Source: Candidatus Dormiibacterota bacterium (GTDB lineage: Bacteria > Chloroflexota > Dormibacteria > Aeolococcales > Aeolococcaceae). Taken from it: a stretch of 64,000 nucleotides of DNA. Below, in pieces: positions 30,517 through 40,511 of the stretch. Position 1 is the first letter of the stretch. The number at the start of each line of letters is the position of its first letter. The notes below the pieces were generated by a model, which was given only the letters and a program-made list of their open reading frames with translations, made no database searches and had not been told where the DNA came from. The stretch covers positions 559,746-623,745 of the forward strand of contig CAWBSL010000002.1 in assembly GCA_963791435.1 (NCBI GenBank), in the 5' to 3' direction. The position numbers were made by a program, and so were the translations under genes.

Positions 30517-32025
30517 GTGATTGTTGCGGCCGTGTTTGCCGTTGCAGCACTTTTGTACGCGCGCAAAACCGTGGCGGAAAGCCGCGTCACGAACGACGCT
30601 GATGCTGAGCGCCGTCTCGAGCAGGTCCGCGCCATCGAACAGGAAACCAAGACGGTGCTGCTCGCAGCCAAGGAAGAAGCGGCACGGCGACGTGACGAGG
30701 CAGAAGCGGAGGTCCGCGAACGGCGGGCCGAGATCGCGCGGCTGGAGCAGCGGACGAATCAGCGCGAGGAGGGACTCGAGCGCCGCCTCCGCGAGCTGGA
30801 CTCGAACGAGCAGCGGCTCACGCGGCGCGAGGCCGAGCTCGAAGGGCTCCGTCAAACCGTCGAGGATGAGCGCGCCCTGATCACCAAGGAGCTCGAGCGG
30901 GTCGCCGCGCTTTCCGAGCAGGAGGCCCGCGTCGAGGTGGTCCGCAGCGTCGAGGGCGAGCTGGTCCCGGAGATCGCGGAGCGGATCCGTCAGGCGGAGA
31001 CCCAGGTCCGCGAGGAGGCATCCGAGCGGAGTCGCGAGATCCTCATCGCGGCCATGCAGCGCCAGGCGTCGGAGCAGAGTGGGGAGGCGTCGGTCACCGT
31101 CGTGCACCTTCCGTCCGATGAGCTGAAGGGCAGGATCATCGGCCGCGAAGGCCGCAACATTCGCGCGCTCGAGGCAGCCACCGGTGTGGACGTCATCGTC
31201 GACGACACCCCGGAGGCGATCGTGCTCAGCTCGTTCGACCCAGTGCGTCGCGAGGTTGCTCGCGCGACCCTGGAACGCCTCTTCAGCGACGGGCGGATCC
31301 ATCCCGCGCGGATCGAGGAGATGGTCGTCAAAGCCCGCAACGAGCTGGCGCAGCAGATCAAGCACGAAGGCGAGCAGGCCTGCCAGGACATCGGGCTCAC
31401 CAACGTCCATCCCGAGCTCGCCAGGCTCCTCGGCACGCTCCGCTATCGGAACTCCTACGGCCACAACGTGCTGTCGCACAGCCAGGACACCGCCGCGATC
31501 GCCGGGATGATCGCCGCGGAAATCGGGTTTGACGAGCAGATCGCCAAGGAGGCGGCCCTCTTCCACGACATCGGCAAGGCCGTCGAGCACGACGTCGACG
31601 GGCCGCACGCCATCGTCGGTGGAGAGATCCTCGCGCGCCTCGGCCGCCCCGCCGCAGTGGTGCAGGCGGTTCGCTCACATCACTACGACGAGGAGCCCCG
31701 GTCACCTGCGGCGGCCATCCTCATGACTGCCGATGCGATCAGCGCCGCGCGTCCGGGAGCGCGACGCGAGTCGCTTGCGTCGACGATCAAGCGGCTCGAA
31801 CGCATCGAAGCGATCTCCAATGAGTTTCGTGGCGTGGAGAGAAGCTTCGCCGTGCTGGCGGGCAAGGAGCTTCGGGTTCTCGTCAAACCGGACGAAATCA
31901 GCGACGACGAAGCCCAGATCATGGCCCGGCAGATCGCCAAGCGTCTCCACGGCGAGGGGAGTTACAGCGGGCGGGTCAAGGTGGTCGTCCTCCGCGAAAC
32001 GCGCAGCGTCGAGTACGCCAAGTAA
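30517..32025 (+). CDS. rny: Ribonuclease Y
   Basis: N-terminal TM, a coiled-coil, a KH domain (LKGRIIGREGRNIRALEAATGVDVIVDD) and an HD domain (HSQDTAAIAGMIAAEIG...LFHDIGK). Confidence 0.92.
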   Translation: MIVAAVFAVAALLYARKTVAESRVTNDADAERRLEQVRAIEQETKTVLLAAKEEAARRRDEAEAEVRERRAEIARLEQRTNQREEGLERRLRELDSNEQRLTRREAELEGLRQTVEDERALITKELERVAALSEQEARVEVVRSVEGELVPEIAERIRQAETQVREEASERSREILIAAMQRQASEQSGEASVTVVHLPSDELKGRIIGREGRNIRALEAATGVDVIVDDTPEAIVLSSFDPVRREVARATLERLFSDGRIHPARIEEMVVKARNELAQQIKHEGEQACQDIGLTNVHPELARLLGTLRYRNSYGHNVLSHSQDTAAIAGMIAAEIGFDEQIAKEAALFHDIGKAVEHDVDGPHAIVGGEILARLGRPAAVVQAVRSHHYDEEPRSPAAAILMTADAISAARPGARRESLASTIKRLERIEAISNEFRGVERSFAVLAGKELRVLVKPDEISDDEAQIMARQIAKRLHGEGSYSGRVKVVVLRETRSVEYAK

Positions 32026-32083
32026 CGATTGCATCGCGCTGGCCGGTGCTCGGCCCTGCGGGAAGCGACAATCGCGGCCGATA

Positions 32084-32398
32084 ATGACGACGTCCTACTC
32101 ACCGCCCTCACATGACGCCTCCGAGCTGAAGCACCCATTGGAAATCCTCAAAGTCTCAGCAACCAGCAAGCCGGTCGCCGTGGCCGGCGCCATCGCCGGC
32201 GTCGTTCGCACGCAGAAAAAGGTCGAGGTCCAGGCGATCGGCGCCGGGGCGATCAACCAGGCTATCAAAGCGATTGCCATCTCGCGCGGCTACGTCGCCC
32301 CGGGCGGTCTCGACCTCGTGTGCATTCCCTCGTTCATCGATATCTCCATCGACGGCGAGGAGCGGACCGGCATCCGCCTGGTCGTCGAAGTCCGCTAG
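32084..32398 (+). CDS. spoVS: Stage V sporulation protein S (SpoVS) homolog. A likely alternative TTG start at 32138 gives the canonical 86-aa form.
   Basis: (L)EILKVSATSKPVAVAGAIAGVVRTQKKVEVQAIGAGAINQAIKAIAISRGYVAPGGLDLVCIPSFIDISIDGEERTGIRLVVEV. Confidence 0.85.
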   Translation: MTTSYSPPSHDASELKHPLEILKVSATSKPVAVAGAIAGVVRTQKKVEVQAIGAGAINQAIKAIAISRGYVAPGGLDLVCIPSFIDISIDGEERTGIRLVVEVR

Positions 32399-32539
32399 GC
32401 CGCGGCGGGCGCCCCGATGGGTGCCGGGACACACTGGTAGGCTTCGACGATGCCCATGCCGGTATCAATGCTCAGTGACTCCGCTCGTGGTTTCCGACCG
32501 CTCCCGCTGATCACGAGGGCGCCACGTCGCGAGCCGCAG

Positions 32540-33838
32540 GTGCCGGTGCTGGGCCGAGCCCCGCGCGTCCACCTCTGGCACATCGGATGTCAGATGAATG
32601 ACGCCGACCGCGAAGAACTGGCAGCGCACATCGCCGACATCGGCTGCATCCCCGAGACCGCGCTTGACGACTCGGACATCGCAGTGCTGATCACGTGCAC
32701 CGTGCGTGCCAACGCAGAGCAGAAGGTCTTTGGAAAGTTCCGCGAACTCATCCCCTGGAAACGCGCGCGGCCGGGGCGCGCGATCGCGATGACCGGATGC
32801 ATGGCGGTCGAGCACGGCGAGGCGCTCCTGGGACGTCTGCCCGAGCTCGACTACGTCTTCGACGTCCGGGAGCCGGATGGGTTCCTCGCCAAGCTCCAGG
32901 CGCTCCATGCCCCGAACCTCGACGGCCCGGTCACGCTACCGCCGTCGGACCGGTTGAGCGCGTACGTTGCGGTCATGGGTGGCTGCAACGAGATGTGCAC
33001 CTACTGCATCGTCCCGTTCGTCCGCGGCCGCGAGCTGAGCCATCCGCTCCCCGAGGTCGTGGAGCATGTCGAGCGCCTGGTTTCGCAGGGGGTGCGCGAG
33101 GTGACCCTGCTCGGGCAGAACGTGAACTCCTATCACGACAAGGAGCACCGGGCACGTCTCCCCGAGTTGCTCGCCGCCGTCGATGCGGTTCCCGGGCTGT
33201 GGCGGCTTCGATTCCTCACGTCGCACCCGCGCAATGCGGTCCCCGAGTTGTTCGCGGCAATGCGCGATCTGCCGACTGTCTGCGAGCAGTTGCACCTCCC
33301 GGTGCAGGCCGGTGACGACAACCTGCTCCGCCGGATGCGCCGGCTCTACAGCGTCGACGAATACCGCGCAAAGATCGAGGCTGCGGTGGACGCCGTCGGT
33401 CCTCGCCTCGCGCTCAGCACCGACATCATCGTCGGGTTCTGCGGCGAGACGGATGCAGAGTTCGCCGGCACCGAACGGCTGATGCGCGACCTGCGATTCG
33501 ACACCGTCCATCTCGCCGCATACTCGGTCCGCCCCGGGACTGCCGCAGCCCGCCGCGAGGACGACGTGCCGCTGCCTTTGAAGAAGGAACGGCTCAACCA
33601 TCTTCTCGCCGTGCAGCGGGAAATCGCCGCAGGTCGAAACGCGCTGTACGTGGGTTCCAAGGTGGAGATCCTCGTCGACGGCATCGCCGAAGACGGCAGG
33701 CCATACGGGCGCACTCGGGAGAACAAGGTCGCGTGGCTGCCAACCGGCACGGCTCGGCCTGGCGAGCTGCACACCGCCCAGGTGGTCGACGCAAGCGCGT
33801 GGCAGTTGCACGTCGAGCAGGTCGGCACGGCGGCGTGA
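32540..33838 (+). CDS. miaB: tRNA-2-methylthio-N6-dimethylallyladenosine synthase MiaB-type methylthiotransferase (radical SAM + TRAM)
   Basis: UPF0004 domain (HLWHIGCQMNDADRE), a radical SAM CNEMCTYC motif, and a C-terminal TRAM. Start approximate (GTG 32540/32546). Confidence 0.85.
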   Translation: MPVLGRAPRVHLWHIGCQMNDADREELAAHIADIGCIPETALDDSDIAVLITCTVRANAEQKVFGKFRELIPWKRARPGRAIAMTGCMAVEHGEALLGRLPELDYVFDVREPDGFLAKLQALHAPNLDGPVTLPPSDRLSAYVAVMGGCNEMCTYCIVPFVRGRELSHPLPEVVEHVERLVSQGVREVTLLGQNVNSYHDKEHRARLPELLAAVDAVPGLWRLRFLTSHPRNAVPELFAAMRDLPTVCEQLHLPVQAGDDNLLRRMRRLYSVDEYRAKIEAAVDAVGPRLALSTDIIVGFCGETDAEFAGTERLMRDLRFDTVHLAAYSVRPGTAAARREDDVPLPLKKERLNHLLAVQREIAAGRNALYVGSKVEILVDGIAEDGRPYGRTRENKVAWLPTGTARPGELHTAQVVDASAWQLHVEQVGTAA

Positions 33839-36490
33839 GAACGAGCTCGAACATTCGGGCTCCGCACTTGGTCGCGGCGGTGCCTGAGGCGCCTCACACA
33901 ACGCTCGACCTGCAGACCGCGGGGAACACGCCCATCCTGCGCGAATATCGAGCCGTCAAAGCCGAGCACCCTGACGCGATCGTGCTCGCCCGTCTTGGTG
34001 ATTTCTTCGAGATGTTCGGCGAGGACGCGCAGATCGCTGCACCGATCATCGGCGTGCAGCTGACCGGTCGCAGTTTCGGCGCTGCGGGCCGGTTGCCGAT
34101 GTGCGGCGTGCCGCATCAGTCGATCACGCAGCACATCCGCAAACTCCTCGACGCAGGGCAGCGCGTCGCCATCTGGGACCAGGTGGGGGAGGTGGTTTCC
34201 GGACGCCTCGTCCGGCGCGCTGTGACGCGCGTGCTGAGCCCGGGCATGGTGGTCGAGGCGGATTTGCTCGACGCGTCGGCCGTATCGCGGTGCGTGTCGC
34301 TGTTCCCGGCGGATGGCAGTGTCGGCATCGCGTCATTTGACCCCAACACCCAACATCTGGAGCTGTTCGAGGTCGACGGTGGTCTCGACGGCGCAGCCGT
34401 GGCCGATGAGCTGGCGCGCCTCGAGCCCAGCGAACTCCTTGTCCAGGACGGCACAGTGCTTCCGGCCGGGCTTGGCGGAGTCGCCCAGGTGACGCCCCTT
34501 GCTGCGTCGCTCTTCGACACCACGCGCGCCGAGGAGCGCCTGCGCCGCGCGTCGGGAGCGGTGTCGCTCGACGGCCTCGGGGTGACCGGTATTCCCAGCG
34601 CATTGCGGGCAGCCGGCGCCGTGCTCGCCTACTGCGAGCGCGCGCACATCGTCATCAGCCAGGACCTGCTTCGCATCGCCATCCGTGCTCCCGAGGGCGC
34701 GATGCGTCTCGATGCCCATACGCGCGCCAACCTCGAGCTGTTCGCGCGGCTGGGGGAGCGCGGCACGTCGCTGCTCCACCTGCTCGACGCGACACGGACC
34801 CCGATGGGCGTGCGCCTCCTCCGCGCGCGCTTGCAGGATCCGCTTACCGACGTCGAAGCGGTCACGCGACGACTCGAACTCGATCGAGGTGCTGCTCGCT
34901 GACCGCGACGGGCGCCGGCACCTCCGTGACGCGCTCGCGGGCATGCGTGACCTCGAGCGCCTGGTGGCGCGCTGCGTGCAGCGACTCGCGACACCACGAG
35001 ACCTGGGCGCCGTGCGCGACGCCTGCGCGGCGCTCGAGGTGACAGGCGCCGCGGCTGAACGGATCACCGGAGCCGGCGCCGAGATCACCGAGGCGGCGAG
35101 CCGGTGCCATCCACCGGCCGGGCTGCGCGAGCGCCTCGATGCGCTGCTCTGCGAGGACCTGCCGGCCGCGTCAGGCGACGGCGGCGCGATCAGGGCCGGC
35201 GCGGATGCTGACCTCGACGAGCTTCGCGCCGCGGGCAGCGGCGCCCGCACCTACCTCGCCGCGCTGGAAGCGGGCGAGCGCGAGCGCACCGGCATCCGCT
35301 CCTTGCGCGTCGGCTACAACCGCGTCTTCGGCTACTACATCGAGGTCCCGAACGCGCATCGCGACCGGGTTCCCGACGACTACTCGCGCAAGCAGACGCT
35401 TGCCGGCGCCGAGCGCTACGTGACACCGGACCTCAAGGAACACGAGACGATCGTCCTCCACGCCCGCGAACGGGCCATCGCGCGTGAGCAGGAGCTGCTC
35501 GCCGGCGCGGCCGCCATGGTCGCGATCGAGGCTCGGTCCCTCGCCGATGCCGCGGCAGCAGCCGCGACACTGGACGTCGCGCAGTCACTCGCAACCGTGG
35601 CCGAGGAAGGGCACTGGGTCCGGCCGGCCATCAACTCGTCGTCGACACTCCGAATCACCGGCGGTCGCCACCCGCTTGTGGAGCGAACGCTCGGTCCTGG
35701 CAGGTTTGTTCCGAACGATCTCATGCTTGACGACGAGGCACGGATCGTCGTGCTCACCGGTCCGAACATGGCGGGCAAGTCGACGTACCTCCGCCAGACG
35801 GCGACCATCGTGCTTCTCGCGCAGATCGGCTCGTACGTCCCGGCCGACGAGGCCGCCATCGGTGTGTGCGATCGGATCTTCACGAGGATCGGCGCGCACG
35901 ACGATCTGAGTGGTGGCCTCTCGACGTTCATGGTGGAGATGGCAGAAACTGCCGCCATCCTCCGACAGGCGACGGGACGCAGCCTGGTGATCCTCGACGA
36001 GATCGGTCGCGGCACCTCCACCTACGACGGCGTCAGCATCGCCCAGGCCGTCGTCGAGTATCTCCATGACGCGCCGCAGCTGAACTGCAGGACGCTCTTC
36101 GCGACGCATTTCCACGAGCTGACCGTGCTCGCCACCCAGATGCCGAGGGTGCGCAACGCTCGCGTCGAGGTCGTGGAGGACGGCGCCGACATCACCTTCC
36201 TGCACCGCATCGTCCCGGGAGGCGCTGATCGGTCATACGGAATCCACGTCGCCAGGCTCGCGGGTATCCCGGGCGGAGTCCTCGCTCGCGCCCGTCAGCT
36301 GCTCGCTGCGCAGGAACGCGAACGGCCACTCGGCGGTGGGGATCACCTCGGCGACCAGCTGACCCTCTCGATCAGCGAGCCGGTGCCGCACCCCGTCGTC
36401 AACGAGCTCGCCGCGCTCGACCTCGACGGCATGACCCCGATCGCCGCGCTGAACAAGCTGGAGGAGCTCCGCGTACGAGCATCGACATGA
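33835..36490 (+). CDS. mutS: DNA mismatch repair protein MutS, frame broken near 34877
   Basis: Domain I (PILREYRAVKAEHPDAIVLARLGDFFEMFGEDA) in frame 1 up to ...VTRRLEL. The core, clamp and ATPase (GPNMAGKSTYLRQ..., DEIGRGTSTYDG) continue in frame +1. One extra base in gaactc restores RLDSIEVLLADRDG. GTG 33835 overlaps the miaB stop. Confidence 0.88.
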
Positions 36491-38283
36491 TCGCCGCCTC
36501 GCCGATCCGCAGGCTCCCGCAGGTTGTCGCCGACGCCATCGCCGCCGGCGAGGTCATCGAACGGCCCGCGTCGGTGCTCAAGGAGCTCGTGGAGAACGCG
36601 CTTGATGCGGGGGCGCGCCGGATCGATATCGCCATCGAGGGTGGCGAACTCGTGCGCATGCTCGTGGCAGATGACGGCACCGGGATCCCGGAGACGGATC
36701 TCGAGCTCGCGGTCGAGCGTCACGCCACCTCGAAGATCGCCGTCGCCGATGACATCTCGCAAGTCCGGACGCTCGGCTTTCGCGGCGAGGCGCTCGCCAG
36801 CATCGCCGCCGTGTCGGAGCTGCGCCTGACAACGCGCACCCGCAACTCCATCGGAGGTTCGGAGCTCCGCGTCCGTCACGGGGAACTGCTCTCACGCAGC
36901 GCCGCGGCGAGCGCTCGCGGGACGCAGGTGGAAGTCAGCGAGCTCTTCGCGGCGTCGCCCGCGCGCCTCCGTTTCCTCCGCTCGGTGGCAACCGAGGGAA
37001 GCGCGGCGGTCCGTGTCGCGGCGGATCTCGCGATCACGCATCCTGAGGTGTGCTTCACCTGCACCAATGACGGCCGCGTGGTGCTGCGGACGGCGGGTGG
37101 ATCGCTTCGCGACGCGATGCGCGCGATCGTCGGCGTGCGTGCCGAGCGGGATCTCCTCGACGTGGACGCGCTCGGCCCGATCACGGTCGGCGGCCTCATC
37201 GCTTCCCCGCACGCGCACCGCGCATCGCGAAATGGGCTCGTGCTCATCGTCAACCACCGGTTGGTGCACAACCGGGCGCTGCTCGCCGCCATCGACGAGG
37301 CGTATCGCGGGCTCATCCCCGGCGGCCGCCACGGCTACGGTGTCGTCACCGTCGAGGTCCCGCCGGATGCCCTCGACGTCAACGTCCACCCCGCGAAACG
37401 AGAGGTGCGCTTCACCGACGAGCGCGCGGTGTTCGGCGCGGTGCAGCGTGCCTGCTGGGCAACGCTGCGTGCCGCGCCGGCTCTTGGTGCCGACGGCCAT
37501 CTTCCGTCGGGATTCGCCGCCGGGGCACTGGAACTTCGCGACGGCGAGGTTGGAGTTGTCGGACGCCGGGACCCACTGACGAGCGCGGACGAAGCGACCC
37601 CGGTGTGGAATCCGGTTGCAGCGCACGACGGACTGCGAGCTTGGGCCCCACCTGCCGCCGACGGAGCGGTGCGCGACCCGGCGGCGTCGACGATGCTGCC
37701 CGCGCTGAGCGCACTCGGCCAGGCAGGCAGCGGATTCCTCGTCGCGACGGCGGGGGACACGGTGGTGCTGGTGGATCCTCACGCGGGGCACGAGAAGGTG
37801 CTCTACACCGAGCTCCTCGCGCGCTCGCGCCAGGAACTGCCCGATGCCGCAGAGGCGCAGCTCCTGCTCATCCCCGTGGTCGTCGAATGCGGACCCGACA
37901 AGGCATCACGAGTTGCAGACGAACATGACTTTTTCTCGCGATGTGGTTTCAGCATTGAGCAATTCGGCCCCGGCACCGTGCGCTGCACGGCCGTGCCCGT
38001 CAGCGCCGCAGGAGCTGACCCGGGGGTGCTCGTCGGCGAGCTCATCGAACGCCTGGACAACCGTGACGCGGGCACCGAGGAGCGCCGCCACCGCCTCGCG
38101 GCGCTGGTGGCGTGTCACTCGGCCGTGCGCTTCGGGGACCGCCTTGACGTGGTCGCCCAGCAGCGCCTCCTCGATGAGCTGGTCGCGACGCCCGGGGGCA
38201 CCACCTGTCCGCACGGACGCCCGTCGGTGCTCATCCTCGATGACGCAATGCTTCGGCGGGCCTTCCGGAGGCCAGCGCGATGA
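36487..38283 (+). CDS. mutL: DNA mismatch repair protein MutL
   Basis: GHKL ATPase N-terminus (VVADAIAAGEVIERPASVLKELVENALDAGA..I.I..GG). The C-terminal dimerization domain is conserved. Confidence 0.9.
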   Translation: MIAASPIRRLPQVVADAIAAGEVIERPASVLKELVENALDAGARRIDIAIEGGELVRMLVADDGTGIPETDLELAVERHATSKIAVADDISQVRTLGFRGEALASIAAVSELRLTTRTRNSIGGSELRVRHGELLSRSAAASARGTQVEVSELFAASPARLRFLRSVATEGSAAVRVAADLAITHPEVCFTCTNDGRVVLRTAGGSLRDAMRAIVGVRAERDLLDVDALGPITVGGLIASPHAHRASRNGLVLIVNHRLVHNRALLAAIDEAYRGLIPGGRHGYGVVTVEVPPDALDVNVHPAKREVRFTDERAVFGAVQRACWATLRAAPALGADGHLPSGFAAGALELRDGEVGVVGRRDPLTSADEATPVWNPVAAHDGLRAWAPPAADGAVRDPAASTMLPALSALGQAGSGFLVATAGDTVVLVDPHAGHEKVLYTELLARSRQELPDAAEAQLLLIPVVVECGPDKASRVADEHDFFSRCGFSIEQFGPGTVRCTAVPVSAAGADPGVLVGELIERLDNRDAGTEERRHRLAALVACHSAVRFGDRLDVVAQQRLLDELVATPGGTTCPHGRPSVLILDDAMLRRAFRRPAR

Positions 38284-39239
38284 GCCGCCCGATGCTGGTG
38301 ATCGTCGGCCCGACCTGCTCCGGCAAGACCGCGCTCGCCGTGGCCACCGCGACGCGCCTCGCGCCCGCGGAGATGCTCAACGCCGACTCGCGCCAGGTGC
38401 GTCGCGGGCTCCGCGTCGGAACGTGCGCACCGAGCCCCGCCGACCTGCACGGCGTTCGCTGCCATCTCCTCGACCTGTGTGATCCGGGGGAGACCTTCAC
38501 CGTCGCCGACTGGCTGACGGCAGCGCGGCGGAGCCTCGAGCGGCTCGATCGAGCCGGAACGCGGGCCGTCGTGGCCGGAGGCACCGGCCTCTACGTCACC
38601 GCGCTCGTCGACGGCTTCGACCTAGCCCAGGTGCCGCCGGATCCGGTCCGCAGGGCGGACCGGGCCGAGCTCGCGGCCACCCCGGAAGGGCTGGCGTCCC
38701 TCGCCGCCGAGCTTCGTGAGCGGGACCCTGCCGGCGCAATGGAGATCGATCAGCGCAACCCCCGCCGGGTCATTCGCGCCCTCGAGATCCTCGATGCCAA
38801 GGGTGGCTCGGTGCTCACGGCACGCCGGCGAGCGACGCCGCGAGCGGCCGTGATGGTGGGGTTGGACGTCGCCCGCCCTGCACACGCGCGCTGGATCGAG
38901 CACCGGATCGCCGGCATGTTCGACAGCGGTGGCATCCAGGACGAGGTCCGCTGGCTCCTCGGCAGAGGGCTCGACCGCGCGGCGATCGGATCCTGCGGCA
39001 TCGGCTACAGCGAGGCCCTCGACCTCATCGAGGGGCATATCGATCTCGAAGCCGCCATGCAGGCAACGATGCGCCGGACGCTGCGCTACGCCCGCGCGCA
39101 GCGTACGTGGTTCCGCCGGGACACGCGGCTCACCTGGTTCCGCCCGGATCTCGTCGGCTTCGACGAGATGGTCAGCGACGTCCTGGATCTGGTCGCCGCG
39201 GCCGGCAACGGGCAGCAGCGCAACGACGCCGGCCTGTAG
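38280..39239 (+). CDS. miaA: tRNA dimethylallyltransferase MiaA
   Basis: LVIVGPTCSGKTALAVA...NADSRQVRRGLRVGT. Confidence 0.9.
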   Translation: MSRPMLVIVGPTCSGKTALAVATATRLAPAEMLNADSRQVRRGLRVGTCAPSPADLHGVRCHLLDLCDPGETFTVADWLTAARRSLERLDRAGTRAVVAGGTGLYVTALVDGFDLAQVPPDPVRRADRAELAATPEGLASLAAELRERDPAGAMEIDQRNPRRVIRALEILDAKGGSVLTARRRATPRAAVMVGLDVARPAHARWIEHRIAGMFDSGGIQDEVRWLLGRGLDRAAIGSCGIGYSEALDLIEGHIDLEAAMQATMRRTLRYARAQRTWFRRDTRLTWFRPDLVGFDEMVSDVLDLVAAAGNGQQRNDAGL

Positions 39240-39247
39240 CTCCCCCA

Positions 39248-39259
39248 GAACATCCGTTT
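39248..39259. promoter_or_regulatory. LexA-box-like site (GAAC-N4-GTTT) about 70 bp upstream of lexA
   Basis: cAGAACATCCGTTTGc has one mismatch to the Cheo consensus. Position is consistent with lexA autoregulation. Confidence 0.5.
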
Positions 39260-39324
39260 GCATTTTTCCGGTGCCCGTGCTACATTCCGGGTCGCCCAAG
39301 CTGGCTGGAGGATGTTTCACCACA

Positions 39325-39960
39325 ATGCCTGACACCCTGAATCCGCGGCAGCGCCAAATCCTTGACTTTCTTCGAGAGCACAGCCGCGATCACTCGTACC
39401 CTCCGACCGTTCGCGAGATCGGTCGAGCGGTCGGACTGAGTTCCTCGTCGACCGTCCAGAATCACCTCAACACGCTCGAGACGCGCGGGTACATCACGCG
39501 TGACCCTGCGAAGTCCCGAACCGTCGAGGTTGTCGACGCTCAGTCGTCGCGTGGCCCCGGCAACATCGTCCACCTCCCGCTGGTCGGCCGCGTCGCCGCG
39601 GGTACCCCGGTCCTAGCGCTCGAGAACGTCGAGGAGCATCTCAACGTCGGCACCGAGATCGCTGGCGGAGACGACTCCTACGCACTGACGGTGCACGGCG
39701 AGAGCATGATCGACGCCGGGATCTGTGACGGCGATATCGTCGTCGTGCGTCCGCAGCAGGCGGCTCCCGCCAACGGCACCATCGTCGTCGCCCGCATCGA
39801 GAACGAGACGTCGGGCGAGAGCGAGGTCACCGTGAAGCGCTTCTTCCGCGAGTCGGGACGCGTGCGCCTGCAGCCCGAGAACAAGACCATGGAGCCGATC
39901 TACGCACGCGAGCTGCAACTCGAGGGCGTCGTGGTCGCGGTGATCCGCCTGCTGAAGTAG
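39325..39960 (+). CDS. lexA: LexA repressor
   Basis: N-terminal wHTH (LNPRQRQILDFLREH...PPTVREIGRAVGLSSSSTVQNHLNTLETRGYI). C-terminal S24 peptidase with cleavage site VAAG and Ser/Lys dyad context (GESM...TVKRF). GGAGG upstream. Confidence 0.92.
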   Translation: MPDTLNPRQRQILDFLREHSRDHSYPPTVREIGRAVGLSSSSTVQNHLNTLETRGYITRDPAKSRTVEVVDAQSSRGPGNIVHLPLVGRVAAGTPVLALENVEEHLNVGTEIAGGDDSYALTVHGESMIDAGICDGDIVVVRPQQAAPANGTIVVARIENETSGESEVTVKRFFRESGRVRLQPENKTMEPIYARELQLEGVVVAVIRLLK

Positions 39961-39981
39961 CTGGCGCTCGAGCGGGCCGCT

Positions 39982-40449
39982 CTAGCCCTGCGGTCCGCTC
40001 CCGATGTTCTCCAGGGAAAGCCGCGGCAACGAACCCAGGTAGGCGTCAAGCGCAGCGGCGAGCTCCGAGCTCGCCTGGCCGTGCACCGTTACCCGGGTAC
40101 CGCCGAGCTCGTCCGCCACGGCGCTGATCGCGAGGTCCGGACGGTTGTCGATCAGGAGCGGCACACCCGGCACGAGCGCAAGGGGGAGCAGCACGATGAA
40201 CACGGGCGTCACCGCGGTGAGGATGAGGACGGCAAGCACGATCGCCAGGCCGAGCATCACCGCCACATCGCCGCCATACCGCCGGCGTTGCTGGGGCCGG
40301 AGTACGAGATAGTTCGGACCCCGCTCGGCCACGGCTATCCCGGGCATCGGACGCTGGGCGAAGTCGCCGAGCACCTCGTCCGGGGCCTTCCCGGTCCGGA
40401 GCGAGAACTGGTAGGCGCGTGTTCGCAGTCGCGTGATCATTGGGCGCAT
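39982..40449 (-). CDS. Hypothetical membrane protein
   Basis: 155-aa ORF with a hydrophobic central segment. No recognisable family. Confidence 0.4.
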   Translation of the reverse strand: MRPMITRLRTRAYQFSLRTGKAPDEVLGDFAQRPMPGIAVAERGPNYLVLRPQQRRRYGGDVAVMLGLAIVLAVLILTAVTPVFIVLLPLALVPGVPLLIDNRPDLAISAVADELGGTRVTVHGQASSELAAALDAYLGSLPRLSLENIGSGPQG

Positions 40450-40511
40450 GACGTCGCTCCAGTTGTACCGCGTCGCGACAGCACTGCGTGAGGTGCGCTA
40501 GCGTTTGAAAC

